This document shows positions 23,744 through 37,503 of a stretch of 64,000 nt of DNA, in pieces. Under the pieces are notes generated by a model. The model saw only the letters and a program-made list of their open reading frames with translations, was not told the DNA's origin and did not search any database. This stretch comes from Eledone cirrhosa (lineage: Eukaryota): the NCBI GenBank assembly GCA_964016885.1, contig OZ024742.1, positions 245,768,001 to 245,832,000 on the forward strand, written 5' to 3'. The translations under genes and the position numbers were made by a program. Every line of letters starts with the position of its first letter. Position 1 is the first letter of the stretch.

Positions 23744-24367
23744 TAAAATAACAGATTAAAGTTTAAGGAAAGAATCGCTGCTTTCACCCTTAACGGGATC
23801 TTCTGAAACTAACATGTCCCTAACTCTGTAGCGGAGATTCATTCGGTCTCCTAGTTAGAATTTTAGTTTACGACTTCTGCTATATCATTTACGTGGTTTT
23901 GTCTTTGTGTGCTATTGTTCTCCACGCTCCACATATGACGTATTATCTTCGTTTTTTGCGTTCATTGCCAGAGAACGTCTCTATGAACCACCTAAGAGAA
24001 CATTAGTCTACGACCTCTTTTATACCACAAACGTGGTTCTGTCTTTGCGCGTAATAGTTTTTCACCGCTCCTATTAATGACGTATTATTCGTTTTTTCCC
24101 GTTCTTTGCCAGCGAACGTTTCCACGAACCAAAGTATCGTCTTCCTGTCTTCCTCCGGTTGCAACGTTTTTTGAAATATCCACTTCTGCGTTTACAGATT
24201 GACTTTGTTAGTTTCAGAAGATCCCGTTAAAGGTGAAAGCAGCGATTCTTTGCTTAAACTTTAATCTGTTATTTTAATAAATATTTGCTCTACGGTTTTT
24301 ATATATTTGATATATATTTATCCTTATCAAGCCCTCTTTGGATTTTAGTCTTCAAATTTATTATTAC

Positions 24368-24370
<3 letters not shown>
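23738..24370 (+). mobile_element. Solo pseudo-LTR of the Naiad family at 48143-50120, with a short inverted 5' copy
   Basis: 23820-24370 matches the reverse complement of 48143-48692; 23738-23813 is an inverted copy of 24207-24282; flanked by (TA)n. Confidence 0.85.
24210..24260 (+). ncRNA. Hammerhead-like motif with CAGAAGA (U4A) core; other copies at 23760-23810(-), 48254-48304(-), 52276-52326(+)
   Basis: AGTTT-CAGAAGA-TCCC(gttaa)RGGT-GAAA-GCAG(cgattct)TTGC-TT-AAACT. Confidence 0.65.
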
Positions 24371-24430
<60 letters not shown>

Positions 24431-24476
24431 AGAAAGTAAAACAAAGAAGCCTTCAATACATCAAAAGTCTTTATTA

Positions 24477-24514
24477 GCCGACAATGTTTCGTCCTATTAA
24501 GGACTCATCAGGGC
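24477..24514 (-). ncRNA. Canonical minimal type I hammerhead
   Basis: GCC-CTGATGA-GTCCT(taat)AGGAC-GAAA-CATTG-TC-GGC; GUC cleavage triplet. Confidence 0.85.
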
Positions 24515-24747
24515 AATTAAAACAACAAGAAGTATTATCGGCCAATACAAGCCGGAAACTCCGAAGAATATGGAGTGTACATACACTAAAGTATTGCAAG
24601 ATTATGGGTAAAAATATATAATAAAAATATATAATAAAAATTACTAAGGAGGTGTATAACATTAAGAACCATATTACAAATATAGTCCAAAGCAAAAAAA
24701 CCCTAGAGCTAAACAAAGGTGGTTATATAGAGCAGGAATTATATATA

Positions 24748-24930
24748 ATTGTTTCTACTTTAGGCACAAGGCCAGCAATTACCCAGTGCATTACTGGTAC
24801 TTTATTTTATCGACCCTGTAAGGATGAAAGGCAAAGTCAACCTCGGCAGGATTTGAACTCAGATCGTAAAGGGACATAACTATGCTGGAAAGCATGGCGT
24901 CCGATCCTCTACCGATACTGCCAATCCATA
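24748..24930 (-). mobile_element. tRNA-derived SINE (same family as 20562); partial copy at 26655-26800(-)
   Basis: Reverse complement of the family consensus. Confidence 0.85.
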
Positions 24931-25556
24931 TAATACAATGTAATATAATATAATATACCTTTACCAATATTAAAATTACAATAAAAATTAAAAGGTACAA
25001 TATACATATGTATATATGTACGCACACGTACGCACACATACACATACATCAATACACATATCCATCTTCAACTGCACAAATTAAACCTTATTAAGAGTTT
25101 AAATATAAATAAGCATGATAGGAATGAAAATAATAATAATAATAATAATACATATACCCAATATACATGAGGTAATAATATGATATTATTATAAGTAGCA
25201 CATATAATAAATAATAAACTATACAATTATATACTATATAATATAATATAATAGAATAGATAATCTCCGGTTAATTTACACAAACAATATAGATGTCGCA
25301 ATAATACTATAATAATAATATACTAACATTTATAATATACAATATATAATGGCATTCAAGTTAACAAATCAATTCATATAGAGTTACAGAGTAGGTGAGT
25401 AAAAATAAATTGTACAATACCCAAAAAATTATGATGGTACAAAAAAATATAAACATCTTACATGATATATAAAGTTTAACATATCATAATGTTACATATA
25501 ATTAACGGTAAGTAAATAGGGATCGATATTACAATAACAAATACAATATAATATAA

Positions 25557-26544
25557 TCTATATATATAAAACTGTGGTTGTCTGTCTGTCTATCGATTTT
25601 TGGCACACATCTCCTCTTAGAATCTCTCACGGAATTGCACCGAAATTGCTATACTTGTACATTGAGCCCTAGCGAAGACATCGGAAAAAAAATATTTCAA
25701 ATTGACCCGCCCTATGTGACGAAATCGAATATAATGTATCGATTTTTGAGCGTAAGTTATCAGTTATTTCCCTTTGTTCTGTTTACATTGAGCGTCTTAC
25801 GTAAAAAATTACGCTGGCTTTCTCAGCGTTTAAAATGACATTAACACAATACACGAACAGTTGTCGTCGAGCCAGCAAAATATTGACCTGCAAAATTCAT
25901 CAGTTCGAACACTAAGCTTCCGTTTTGCTTCATTTCCAGTTAAAAGCATTTTAAAACAATATTTTTACTTGAAAACAAGTCTATTTAAAGACTACGTAAA
26001 GCAAGCAAATATTTCGTCGTTAGGCGTGCAGACAGACAGTCGTGCAGACAGACAGTCGTGCAGAGAGGTGATATACGCGTGCAGACAGATAGTCGTGCAG
26101 AGAGGTGATATAGGCGTGCAGACAGATAGTCGTGCAGAGAGGTGATATAGGCGTGCAGACAGACAGTCGTGCAGAGAGGTGATATAGGCGTGCAGACAGA
26201 CAGTCGTGCAGAGAGGTGATATAGGCGTGCAGACAGACATAACTGATAATTTGGTTACGCTAATGTTTTTCTCTGCGTTGCAGTGTTTACATTTTCGATC
26301 TTTGTTAATAAATAACCAGTGCAGTTTCTATCCCCAGCATCCTCTTTTGTTATAACATTCGGGTTATCGTTATGTTTTCTTAACTTCATAAGGCATATTG
26401 TTGGTTGAGGGAATATTAATAAAAAACACCACATGCAAGTCTGCACAGTAGACACTACAGTTTTTAAGCCAAGAAAGAAACTTAACATTGTAACTTTAAC
26501 ACAGCTACTGAGCGACCCCGAGCAACGCCGGGCTTTACTGCTAG
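25557..26544 (+). mobile_element. Non-autonomous Helitron with internal 37-bp minisatellite (26023-26239)
   Basis: A|TCTATATATAAAA 5' end; 3' hairpin CCCGAGCAACGCCGGG then CTAG|T; no TSD. Confidence 0.85.
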
Positions 26545-27631
26545 TATATTATATAAAATAATTAACATAATATAATATATAATTACTTATAATTACAAGG
26601 TTGGTAAACAGACATGTATGTGGATGAGTGAGTAAGGGCCAGACAGTAAATATAATTGTTTCTACTTTTGGCACAAGGCCAGCAATTACCCAGTGTATTA
26701 CTGGTACTTTATTTTATCGACCCCATAAGGATGAAAGGCAAAGTTAACCTCGGCGGGATTTGAACTCAGAATGGCAAGGGCCGTAACTCTATGCCAGACA
26801 GTAAATATAATGCACAGTAGTATTACAAATAAAATATAAAATATAAAATATAAAATAAAATAAATAAATAGAATCAACCGGAAATTAAAAAACAAAAACA
26901 AAAGTATACATTTAGGTCTCACATGCAGTTAAGTAAAAACTAAGGAAATAACCCCGGTAAATGACTCGAAAACCCTATTTGATAAATTAATATTAAAAAT
27001 ATTTAAAATATCCAATAAGGCAGTATAATATTAGCTATGGTTTAAGTAATTAAAGTTTATAAACGTTAATATTTTGTTACAAATATTTACAAAAAGGAAT
27101 GAAATTTGTTTACTATCATATACATAACGATATCTAAAAAACTGACTTAAGCAGAATTATGGTAGGCTAATAGGGACAGAAATGAAGAAATATATGGAGG
27201 ATACAAAGGGGCATAAAGTCATAGTCAATATACTATATTAAATAATAGAAAGGAGCGTAAAAGAGGGGGGGGGATTAAATATAATCATAGTCTATTTGGA
27301 GGGGTTGACAATAAGTTTATGTGCGCATGGGGTGGGGGGTTATCCAAAGAAGAATACGAATAAAAATAAAAATAAAAATAAAATAAAATAAAATAAAATA
27401 AAATAAAATAAAATAAAATAAAATAATGTAAAATATATAATCAGATATATATTCATAAGGTGTTAATAGTGAAAATTTAATGCGTAAGAAGATAGATATG
27501 GTATAGTAGCCAAAAGATTATGAGAGCTAGAAAAAAGAGTCGTCAAAAACCAATGATAATAATGATGATAATAATGGTGGTAAACAAAAGAACCTAAACT
27601 AAACTAGAAAATAAGTAATGGAATATATCAG

Positions 27632-29870
27632 CTAATGGATACAATTTGTACTACTAGAACGTTTAGGTTTATAATAAAAGTATGAATTAGAAATAGCGTG
27701 GGGGCAAGAAGAGAATATCTCAGACTTTCTATTAAGTAAGGATTCGCTAGAGAAAATTATAGAGTGTGTCTCGAGGATACAGAGATTACAAAATTTAGTA
27801 TGTGTAGAAAGGTTATTAGAGCGTGCTACTAAACGCCAGTTAAGGCTATATGGTATATTAGCGCCCTTAAGATCCCAGATATAATGTGCTAAAGAAGTAG
27901 AATTCTTAAACTTAACATGTTTGAAATTAGAGATATGAGAGTTAAACCTAGTCTTAAAAGTGTTAGATGTAGAGCCTATATAAGTTCTATTAGAGGAATT
28001 AGTTATAACTACGCAAGCATAGACAATGTTCTTAGAGAGGCAGTTACCGTTTAAAGGGCAGTTAGCACTCACTCTACAGTTGCACTTCCGGGTGTTATTG
28101 GTTGGCTCAAGTGGTGATGCATTACACGTAGGATTGCTATTAGATAAGGTCTGTTCTGGTGGTAATGCATTTCCAGATCTGTTCAGACTAGTAATATGTA
28201 GAGAGGAGAATCCATCCCTAATTTTCCTATTGTTAGTGCTAGCTAAATGAGAACTAATATTAGGGGTGGTAGAGAATGAAAGTTTAATAACATTTTTATT
28301 AAAAATACTATGGTATTTATGAGAAGGGGGGACATTTTTCTCTAAGATAGAAAAGAAAGACCTAGGGATATTAGTTAATACTTCCTGATTATATGGCGGG
28401 TTAAAATAAGTATTTAATCGCCTTCTATTTTTATTCTTACCGACTCTACCATTATCAAATATCCCACCATCGAGACTAGGGTTACTACAAGGATTAGTTA
28501 AAACCGCATTCTTATAATCAGCCAAAATTTCATTAAGTCTATTACCGTTTCTACCTCCAGTAGATCTGCCGCTGTCCGGAATCCCATCAAAAGGATTAGG
28601 GCCAATGATAGGATCAGTAGAAGCAACATTATTAGAATAAGATCCGGCAAAATTATCACCAATGAGTGAGCGCTCAGAGGGTTCGACTTGTTTCCTAGAG
28701 GTATTATATTCACTATTACGAGTCCCGTGGGTTAACTTATGGATGGGTTCAGATACACCTATGTAATTTTTACGGTTATTATGCTTCCTACTCCCATTCA
28801 TGGCCATGTTATATGATATTATGTTATTATTATTAAAAATAAGCGGAGACTTTCTAAGGTTACTATTATTATAATGTATTTTACTAGAGTAACCGGAATT
28901 TGCTAGGGCATTATTATAGTACTCCGCATGTTCATTAAATGTTCCTACGTCCTTAGAGAGTGTGGAAATCCTATTAGATACACCCTTAATTATAGAGCTT
29001 ATCATAGATTTGGGGTGGTTAGAATTGGGACTAACATAAGAAAGTATTTCATTAGGCTTATGGAAGGGTTTAAAACTATTGGTGACCAAGTCCAAAGTCA
29101 CATCTAAAAAGTTAACCGCTCTATCATTTCTATCCATCGTGATCGAAAGGTTATAGCTTTTAAAAAACTTATAAAGCTTCTTCTTATTATGCTCGACATT
29201 GTTGGTGCTAGAGTTAATTACAAACAATGCATCATCACGATATAGTCCGCCTATAAGGTGCGGGAAGGTAGCATATAGTTCATTAAGGAGGAACAACCCA
29301 ACAAGATCAGTAACCTGGGCCGAATCACTCGAACCCATTGTAACGTCGAAATTATTGGGCGTGTTTTTACGGGTTCAAAATGTGTCCTCAAATTTAATAA
29401 TAGTTCTACGGGCTGCTAGTATAATATCAACCTGTGATCGTGTAAGGCTGGACACTCTCATGGCCAACATTAAAGCTTTATTGAGGAGGATGGGTGAAAT
29501 TGATGTGTAGTAGGCATCAATATCGAATTGGATAAACTTATTAGATTCAAGTCTATTAATCCCAGAGAACCAATCTATGACTTCCTTAGTGTTCCCCCAT
29601 AGGTTAAAATTAACTTTATCCCTAACATCTGGTATAATAAGGTCAAGGATTTTTTTTACTGATAATGGCTATATCGGACTTAGAAGGACAGATGAGTCTA
29701 ACAGAGGGGTTACTAATAAAATCAACCTTATGATCCTTAAGAGTGAATCTCGGTTCTCGAGGGTAATATGGCTGGGTATACTTATCGAGGCCGAGGTCAG
29801 AGACAATTCTAAGACCCTCACTATTGATGTGGTTCAAATTCTCAAGCGTAGTTTTTTTATAATTTCTATG
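27632..29870 (-). pseudogene. Naiad-type Penelope-like RT/GIY-YIG, 5'-truncated, with a frameshift and a nonsense codon; the AT-rich 3' region probably extends to ~24430
   Basis: [81 protein letters not shown]. Confidence 0.9.
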
Positions 29871-29893
29871 TAGCTCCTTATAAATAAAGCCAC

Positions 29894-29995
<102 letters not shown>

Positions 29996-30001
29996 TATAT
30001 C

Positions 30002-30076
<75 letters not shown>

Positions 30077-30077
<1 letters not shown>

Positions 30078-30320
30078 AATACAATATGTTGAAAAGGTAA
30101 CACACCAGAGAGAGATATACAGTGCGTTATCAATAATACAGGGAAAAAAACCACCAGTGTATGGAATCTATAACCTATGAAAGGCAGACTATAGACACGT
30201 GTCTATAGTCTGCCTTTCATAGGTTATAGATTCCATACACTGGTGGTTTTTTCCCCTGTATTATTGATAACGCACTGTATATCTCTCTCTGGTGTGTTAC
30301 CTTTTCAACATATTGTATTT
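30077..30320. repeat. 244-bp near-perfect spacer-less palindrome centred on CACGTG
   Basis: ...gaaaggcagactatagacac|gtgtctatagtctgcctttc...; centre at 30198/30199. Confidence 0.95.
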
Positions 30321-31014
30321 TAAAGAGCTCAGGATCTCTTTTCCTTTGAGCACATTATTTACAGGGAATAGCGAGGGCCTATGCCTCTGTTAATTTATCG
30401 TATATATATATATATATATATACACATGTATATACATTTGTGTTTGTGTGTATGTGTGTATGTATATATATATGATGGTGATTGTAGCTCTTGGCTTCAC
30501 TATTTGCTGATGTTAAGCATTGATAAATGTTGATAATTTTCGTTCTATGAAATGGTACCATATAGGCCTTGTTGAAGCTTGTGACAGTTAAAGTATAATA
30601 CTTATTCTGTCTCTATTTTTATTAACCTAATTATATTGGTCTCTGCAATATACCAGTTATGTGGTTTCCTATGATATCGCAGTGGTCTTGGATTTTTAAC
30701 CTTAATTTTTTCATAGAGCCATCATAGAGTCACTTGATCATTATACACTATATATCAATCTCTTTAAAGTGGTCATGTTGGTGACATGACAAAAAGCATC
30801 CAGTTCACTCTGTAAAGTGGTCATGCTGATGATACACAAAAGGCACCCAGTACTCACTGTAATGAGGTTGGCATTAGGAAGGGCATCCAGCTGTAGAAAC
30901 TAAGCCCAAATCAGTTTTGTATGTGCAAGACATAGTCACCTGACCTAGCATTGCTCACAACAGGACAACTCATCTATCCCATGCTAGCATGGAAAAAAAA
31001 GTAGTATAGTAAGT

Positions 31015-32390
31015 AAGACAATGAAAGATATGAGACAGCCAGAGATAGTGGCTGAGATGCCGAAAGTATCTGGGATGGTGGGTCACACCATAGTTACCCG
31101 TATTGTAAACCAAGTAATACAAAATGGTGTCATACCCAATGATTGGCGTAGCATCATCATTGTCAACTGCTATAAGGGCAAAAGAGATGCTCAAGACAGA
31201 GAAAACTATAGAGGCATTAAGTTGGTTGACCAGGTCATGGAGGTTACAGAAAGAGTTAACCTTGATGAAATGCAATTTGGATTTGTGCCAGGTAAAAGTA
31301 CCATTTTGCTCTCTTCCTTGTGAGGCAACTTCAGCTAAAAGTAAACTCCTCTACTTAGCTTTTGTTGACTTGGAGAAAGCTTTAGACAGAGTCCCCCGCT
31401 CCATTATCTGGTGGGGTTTTAGAAAACTAGGAGTAGATGAGTGGCTTGTGAAAGTTGTACAAGCCATGCATAGAGGAACAGTCAGCAAGGATAGAATTAA
31501 CAATAACTATAGTGAAGAATTTAGCGTGCAGGTAGCTGTTCCTCAGGGCTTTGACTTTAGCCCTCTCCTGTTTATTATTGTCCTACAGGATATAACAGAA
31601 GAGTTTACAACTGGCTACCCATGGGAACTTCTGTATGCAGATGATCTAGCTCTCATAGCTGAATCTATGGCAGAATTAGAGAAGAAATTCCAAATAGAAG
31701 TTAGCAGTAGTATAACCTGGAAGCATATCCTAGAATCAAATGGTCTTAAAGTTAACTTGTCAAAGACTAAAGTATGTAAAAAGGAAAATAGGGCAAGTTA
31801 TGGGTACATAAAAGATGTAATGGAATCACAGGCAGGCTATCAAAGAATGTAGGTTTTATATGCGGCCGATGCACAGGTGCAGTTAGTAGCAAGTGCCCAC
31901 AAGATACTAGCTCCTTCAAATGTTAAGACGGCTCTGTAGAAATAGTTAAATGTTTCTGTTACTTGGGCGACCAAATCAGCAGTGGGGGAGAGTGTTCTGA
32001 AAGTACAGTAGCCAGAGTAAGAACAAGATGGAAAAAGTTCAGGGAGCTACTACTGCTCTTGGCTACAAAAGGTTTTTCCCTTAACACGAAGGGCAGATTG
32101 TACGATACAGGTATACGAACAGCAATGTTACATGGTAGTGAGACCTGGGCACTGTGTGCAGAGGACCTGTGAAGATTGGTAAGAAATGAAGCCTGCATGC
32201 TCCGATGGATGTGTAATAGCAATATACACAAACGGCAAAGCGTAAATGAACTGAGAGAGAAATTGGGCCTAAAAGGGATCAGAAGCAGTGTGCTAGAGAG
32301 GAGATTGTGTTGGTATGGTCATGTGATACGTATGAAGGATGACAGCTATATAAAAAGGTGCAGCGCAATCAAAGTTGACGAAAGCTATGA
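31015..32390 (+). mobile_element. Degenerate RTE LINE RT fragment
   Basis: IPNDWRSIIIVNCYKGKRD..NYRGIKL, AFVDLEKALDRVPR, LLYADDLAL, RRLCWYGHVIRM. Confidence 0.9.
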
Positions 32391-32518
32391 CATATGTTAT
32401 TGGTGCTTTGCGAAGCAACACTAAATATCAGCCCGAGGTATATCAATGAATTGAAACAACAGGAGTAATTTTTATTTCCTCTTCATGTTTTTCTGGGGTT
32501 TTTTCTGTTCAACTTCTA

Positions 32519-32576
32519 GCTGCCTGATGAAGTCTTAAATGTTGCATAACAGTTATCACCGAAATATATATAACAG
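32519..32576 (+). ncRNA. Minimal hammerhead (diverged copy of 38625-38683) in an ORF-less element ~32405-32630
   Basis: GCTGC-CTGATGA-AGT..TGTTGCATAACA..ACC-GAAA-TATATA-TA-ACAG. Confidence 0.65.
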
Positions 32577-33289
32577 AGATTATGAATAAATGAAGTAAAT
32601 TCTAACCTGTTGACTTGTACTTCGTGATTATAATTATACTCCGAAGTAAACAGATCCACTTGTGTACTTCATAGACTGCTCTATCCTGCATACAACATAC
32701 AATAGTGTTAGTGATGAACTAAAACATACTTTACCATAAAAGCACCTAGTACTCATTGCAAATGAGGTTGGCATTAGGAAGGGGATCCAACTGTAGAAAC
32801 CAAATCAAAATCAGTTCTGTATGAACAAGCCGTGGTCACCTGATCTAACATTGCCCACAACAGAACAACTCATCTAACCCATGCCAGCATGGAAAAATTG
32901 ACATAAAACAATGATGATATATAAATTTGTATCAGGGCTCCAACCTAGCGCTATACACATATATGTATGCGTTGTATACAGTTTGTTTATGAAAAACAGT
33001 TGACAGTCTTTCGCTATGAATTTTTTAAGGTTCTGACCACCATCACACATCCCTAGTCTCATCAAAAACCAATGGGAAGCAAATAACAACCTTGTTTCTC
33101 ACTTGTTAATGGTTGTCAAGTTTGCATATCCACCTATATATCATCATCATCATCATCATCATCATTTTACGTCCGCTTTTCCCTGCTTGCAATATATATG
33201 TATATATATATATATATTATACCCAGACACATACACAAATTTAAATATATGTATGTAAATATATATATATGTTGAAAACATTAACCATA

Positions 33290-33321
<32 letters not shown>

Positions 33322-33906
33322 GTGTGTGTTTGTGTGTGTATAAGAAAACAAACATTATATGACCTCTCCTTTATCTGTTCTGTTCAGCAGTTTGCTTAAG
33401 ACACACAAATGTCTACATAGCCACTTGATCAATTGAAATAACAATAAGCTAAGAATGGATAGACAAATAACCCAGGAAATTACATAAAAGACTTTCACAA
33501 AACCAAAGATAAATAAATATCTCACCTCTGTAAAGTCCAATAGAGAATGAATTGTTGGACCTCTGTCACTTCTGATGTTGAGTGTTCCAGTATGGGTTAT
33601 AACTGTTTAAACAGCAACCAGGTAAGCCAATCTCTGAGAGGTTTTCCTCGATGGATCCCTTTGATAATGGATGGTAAATCTGAAATATTGGGTCTAATAA
33701 ATTACTAAGGTAACAATCAATCATTCTTGTCCATATATTTTCCTCCTTCTCTGACTCTTTGCATTCTACCTCACCTTTCCCAATTCCCTTCTGACTTTGT
33801 TGCCTTGGTATTTCAAACCTACCTGTATTTTAACAGCTTCATAAAAAAACATACCCACTATTCATTTCGATATTCCTGAATGCTTCAAGCAAACTACAGC
33901 ATCCTC

Positions 33907-34490
<584 letters not shown>

Positions 34491-35429
34491 TATATATACA
34501 TACATGCACACATACATACACACACATGCACACATATAGTTGATAAATGAAACAAAGCCTACTCAGGAATGCAAAAATACAAAGTCATATATCGGTTCGC
34601 ACTAAGGTCAAGTGAAGGATATATATGATCATAGAATTAATGTGCCAGTGGATGAGCATTCCACAGATATGTATACCCTTAACACAATTCTCAGTGAGAT
34701 TCAGTGTGGCACAGTGACTCTTTGAATTGAGGACAAGAGATGAGGAGAACAACAGATTCTAGAAAATAGAAACAAAACAGAGAATCAGAAAAATCTCACT
34801 CATTAAATGTTCTTTGGGCATCAACACAATTTTGGATATATATATCATCATCATCATCATCATCGTTTAACGTCTATCTTCCACGCTAGCATGGGTTTAG
34901 ACGGGAATTGTCTTGAGGCAAGATTGGTTGTCTTGCTCGAATAGGACTGTCTGGCAGGTTTTCTACGGCTGGATGCCATTCCTAACACTAACCACGTTTA
35001 CAGTGTGGACTGGGAGGTTTTTACCGTGTTACCTACACGGCCACATTACAGCATGGACTGTGTGTTTTTTTGTCGTGACACCTACACGACCTCATTTATT
35101 TCGGACTGGATGTTGTGGTACCAACATAACTTTACAGAGAAAGGGGTGGTGTTGATGGGGTGGGAGTAGGGGTAGTGGGATGGGGATGTATTTTTGGTTA
35201 AGAGGTGCCTACTGACTGTAGGTTTCGCTTTGTACTATATATATATATATAATATCTATATATTTATTTATAAAATGTAGGAAGCTGAGGTGCAGACAAT
35301 AACTGCAATTATTTATAGTTAGTTACTATAAAATAGCTTTTGAATATTGGGTAAAGGCTCTTTGAGTCAGAAAAATGTTGCTAGTGGCCACTATGAAGAA
35401 TTGAACTCCATGTCTCTCAACATTAGATT

Positions 35430-35682
35430 CTTGTTGGTAGTGGTAGTGGTGGTGATAGCAATGGTGATGATAATAATGATTATGATGATGATGATGATGA
35501 TGATGATGGTGGTTGTGGTGATGGTGATGGTGGTGATGGTGATGATATTGATGGTGATGACGATGACGATGATGATGATGGTGGCGCTGATGATGGTGGT
35601 GATGGTGGTGATGGTGATGATAATGACGGTGATGATGACGGCGATAATGATGAGGATGATGATGGTGGTAGTGGTGATGATT
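35430..35682. repeat. (GAT/GGT)n triplet tract
   Basis: Seen directly in the sequence. Confidence 0.9.
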
Positions 35683-36085
35683 GTTTCTAACACTGAAACA
35701 AAGCTAGACATTTTCAGTAGGAAGGATATATTTGATTAAATCAATCTCAATATTTAACTATTGCTTTTATTTTATCGACATCAGTATAGATGAAAGGCAA
35801 AATCAACCTCAGTGAGATAGTAAATAATAAGAATACATTTTTTCCTGTCCAATTACAAGTGGTAGATAGTTATAAATCCATAGTGGATATGTATAATGTA
35901 AAACTAAAACTGTTCTTAACACTTGAATTATGAAATATATTTTTAGAATCAGTAGGTGGTGAAGACATGTGGACATGTGGGTTTATGGTGTTAAACTCAC
36001 TGAACTGGGCAACACATTGTATTCTTGAGCAGAAAGTTTCATTTCATGTTGCTTATTATGATATGATTAACACCTCTGTCATTAA

Positions 36086-36915
36086 CCCTTTAGCATTTAC
36101 ATTACTCTATATACACTATTGTATTTTTGTGGTAAAGGCTTTATCTCACATAATATCTCACATATTATCTCACATAATTATCTCACATAATATCTCACAT
36201 AATATCTCACATAATATCTCACATAATTCTCACATAATATCTCACATAATATCTCACATAATATCTCACATAATATCTCACATAATTATCTCACATAATA
36301 TCTCACATAATATCTCACATAATATCTCACATAATATCTCACATAATATCTCACATAATATCTCACATAATTATCTCACATAATATCTCACATATTATCT
36401 CACATAATATCTCACATAATATCCCACATAATATCTCACATAACATCTCACATAATATCTCACATAATTATCTCACATAATATCTCACATAATTCTCACA
36501 TAATATCTCACATAATATCTCACATAATATCTCACATAATATCTCACATAATTATCTCACATAATATCTCACATATTATCTCACATAATATCTCACATAA
36601 TATCTCACATAATATCTCACATAATATCTCACATAATATCTCACATAATATCTCACATAATATCTCACATAATATCTCACATATTATCTCACATAATATC
36701 TCACATAATATCTCACATAATTCTCACATAATTCTCACAATATCTCACATAATATCTCACATAATATCTCACATAATATCGAATCTAATGAGTTTGATGT
36801 TATTTATTTTGAGAACAATACCTTAATGTCGGCATGAGGAGCCATATGTGGCCAGTTTGAACAGAAAGATGTGAGAGAATTCTGGCTGGATATGGCCAGT
36901 TTAAATACTTAAGGG
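36086..36915. mobile_element. piggyBac-type MITE containing a 12-bp minisatellite (36142-36780)
   Basis: TTAA|CCCTTTAGCATTTA ... TAAATACTTAAGGG|TTAA; internal (aatatctcacat)n, about 50 units. Confidence 0.85.
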
Positions 36916-37503
36916 TTAAAACATCCAAGAAACATGCTATGAGTTACAGCCTGCATAAGTGTGAGCTGTAAATTTCATTTAATTTCATTCCAATTTGATT
37001 GATCGATCAAATTGATTGACAATATCCTAGACTTCTTTTTCGTACTGAGTAGGGTGGAACTCATCAAATCGGACCAAGGAAACAGAGTTTCCATTGGTCT
37101 TTCAATTGCTGATACTATCTACTGGTCACAACTCCTGGCAGAGCATTCCAGTTAGCAGATTATTAATGTTAGTTAAAATAGTTAAATTCTTCATAACCTT
37201 TAATTAATATTAAACTGCTCCGAAATTTTTCGAGCTGTACCAGATGGTCTTTAAGCTGCTATTTCTAGTGACATTATAACCCTGTCATTTAGCCATAATA
37301 TCTGAGGAGATTTGAGAATGTATCACTACACATGGTATTATATTGCCTGCTGCCTCAGCTTTGGAAACAGTATGTATTATATCTTGTTTAATTTCTCTTA
37401 GACTTGAAGAATTTAACTCCCCTGAAGAATATGGTGGTTTTTGAATTATTGGTAATTCCATTCTTATGATGGTGCTTCCCCATGTGAAACCATGGTAGGG
37501 AGA

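Noticed and set aside
29375-29377. In-frame TGA in a Naiad ORF as selenocysteine (some Naiads are selenoproteins)
   Set aside because: It aligns with Trp in siblings (NSKWIKR, GVAWAKK), not Cys. The copy also has a frameshift, no Cys position in the four Naiad ORFs reads as TGA, and I saw no SECIS.
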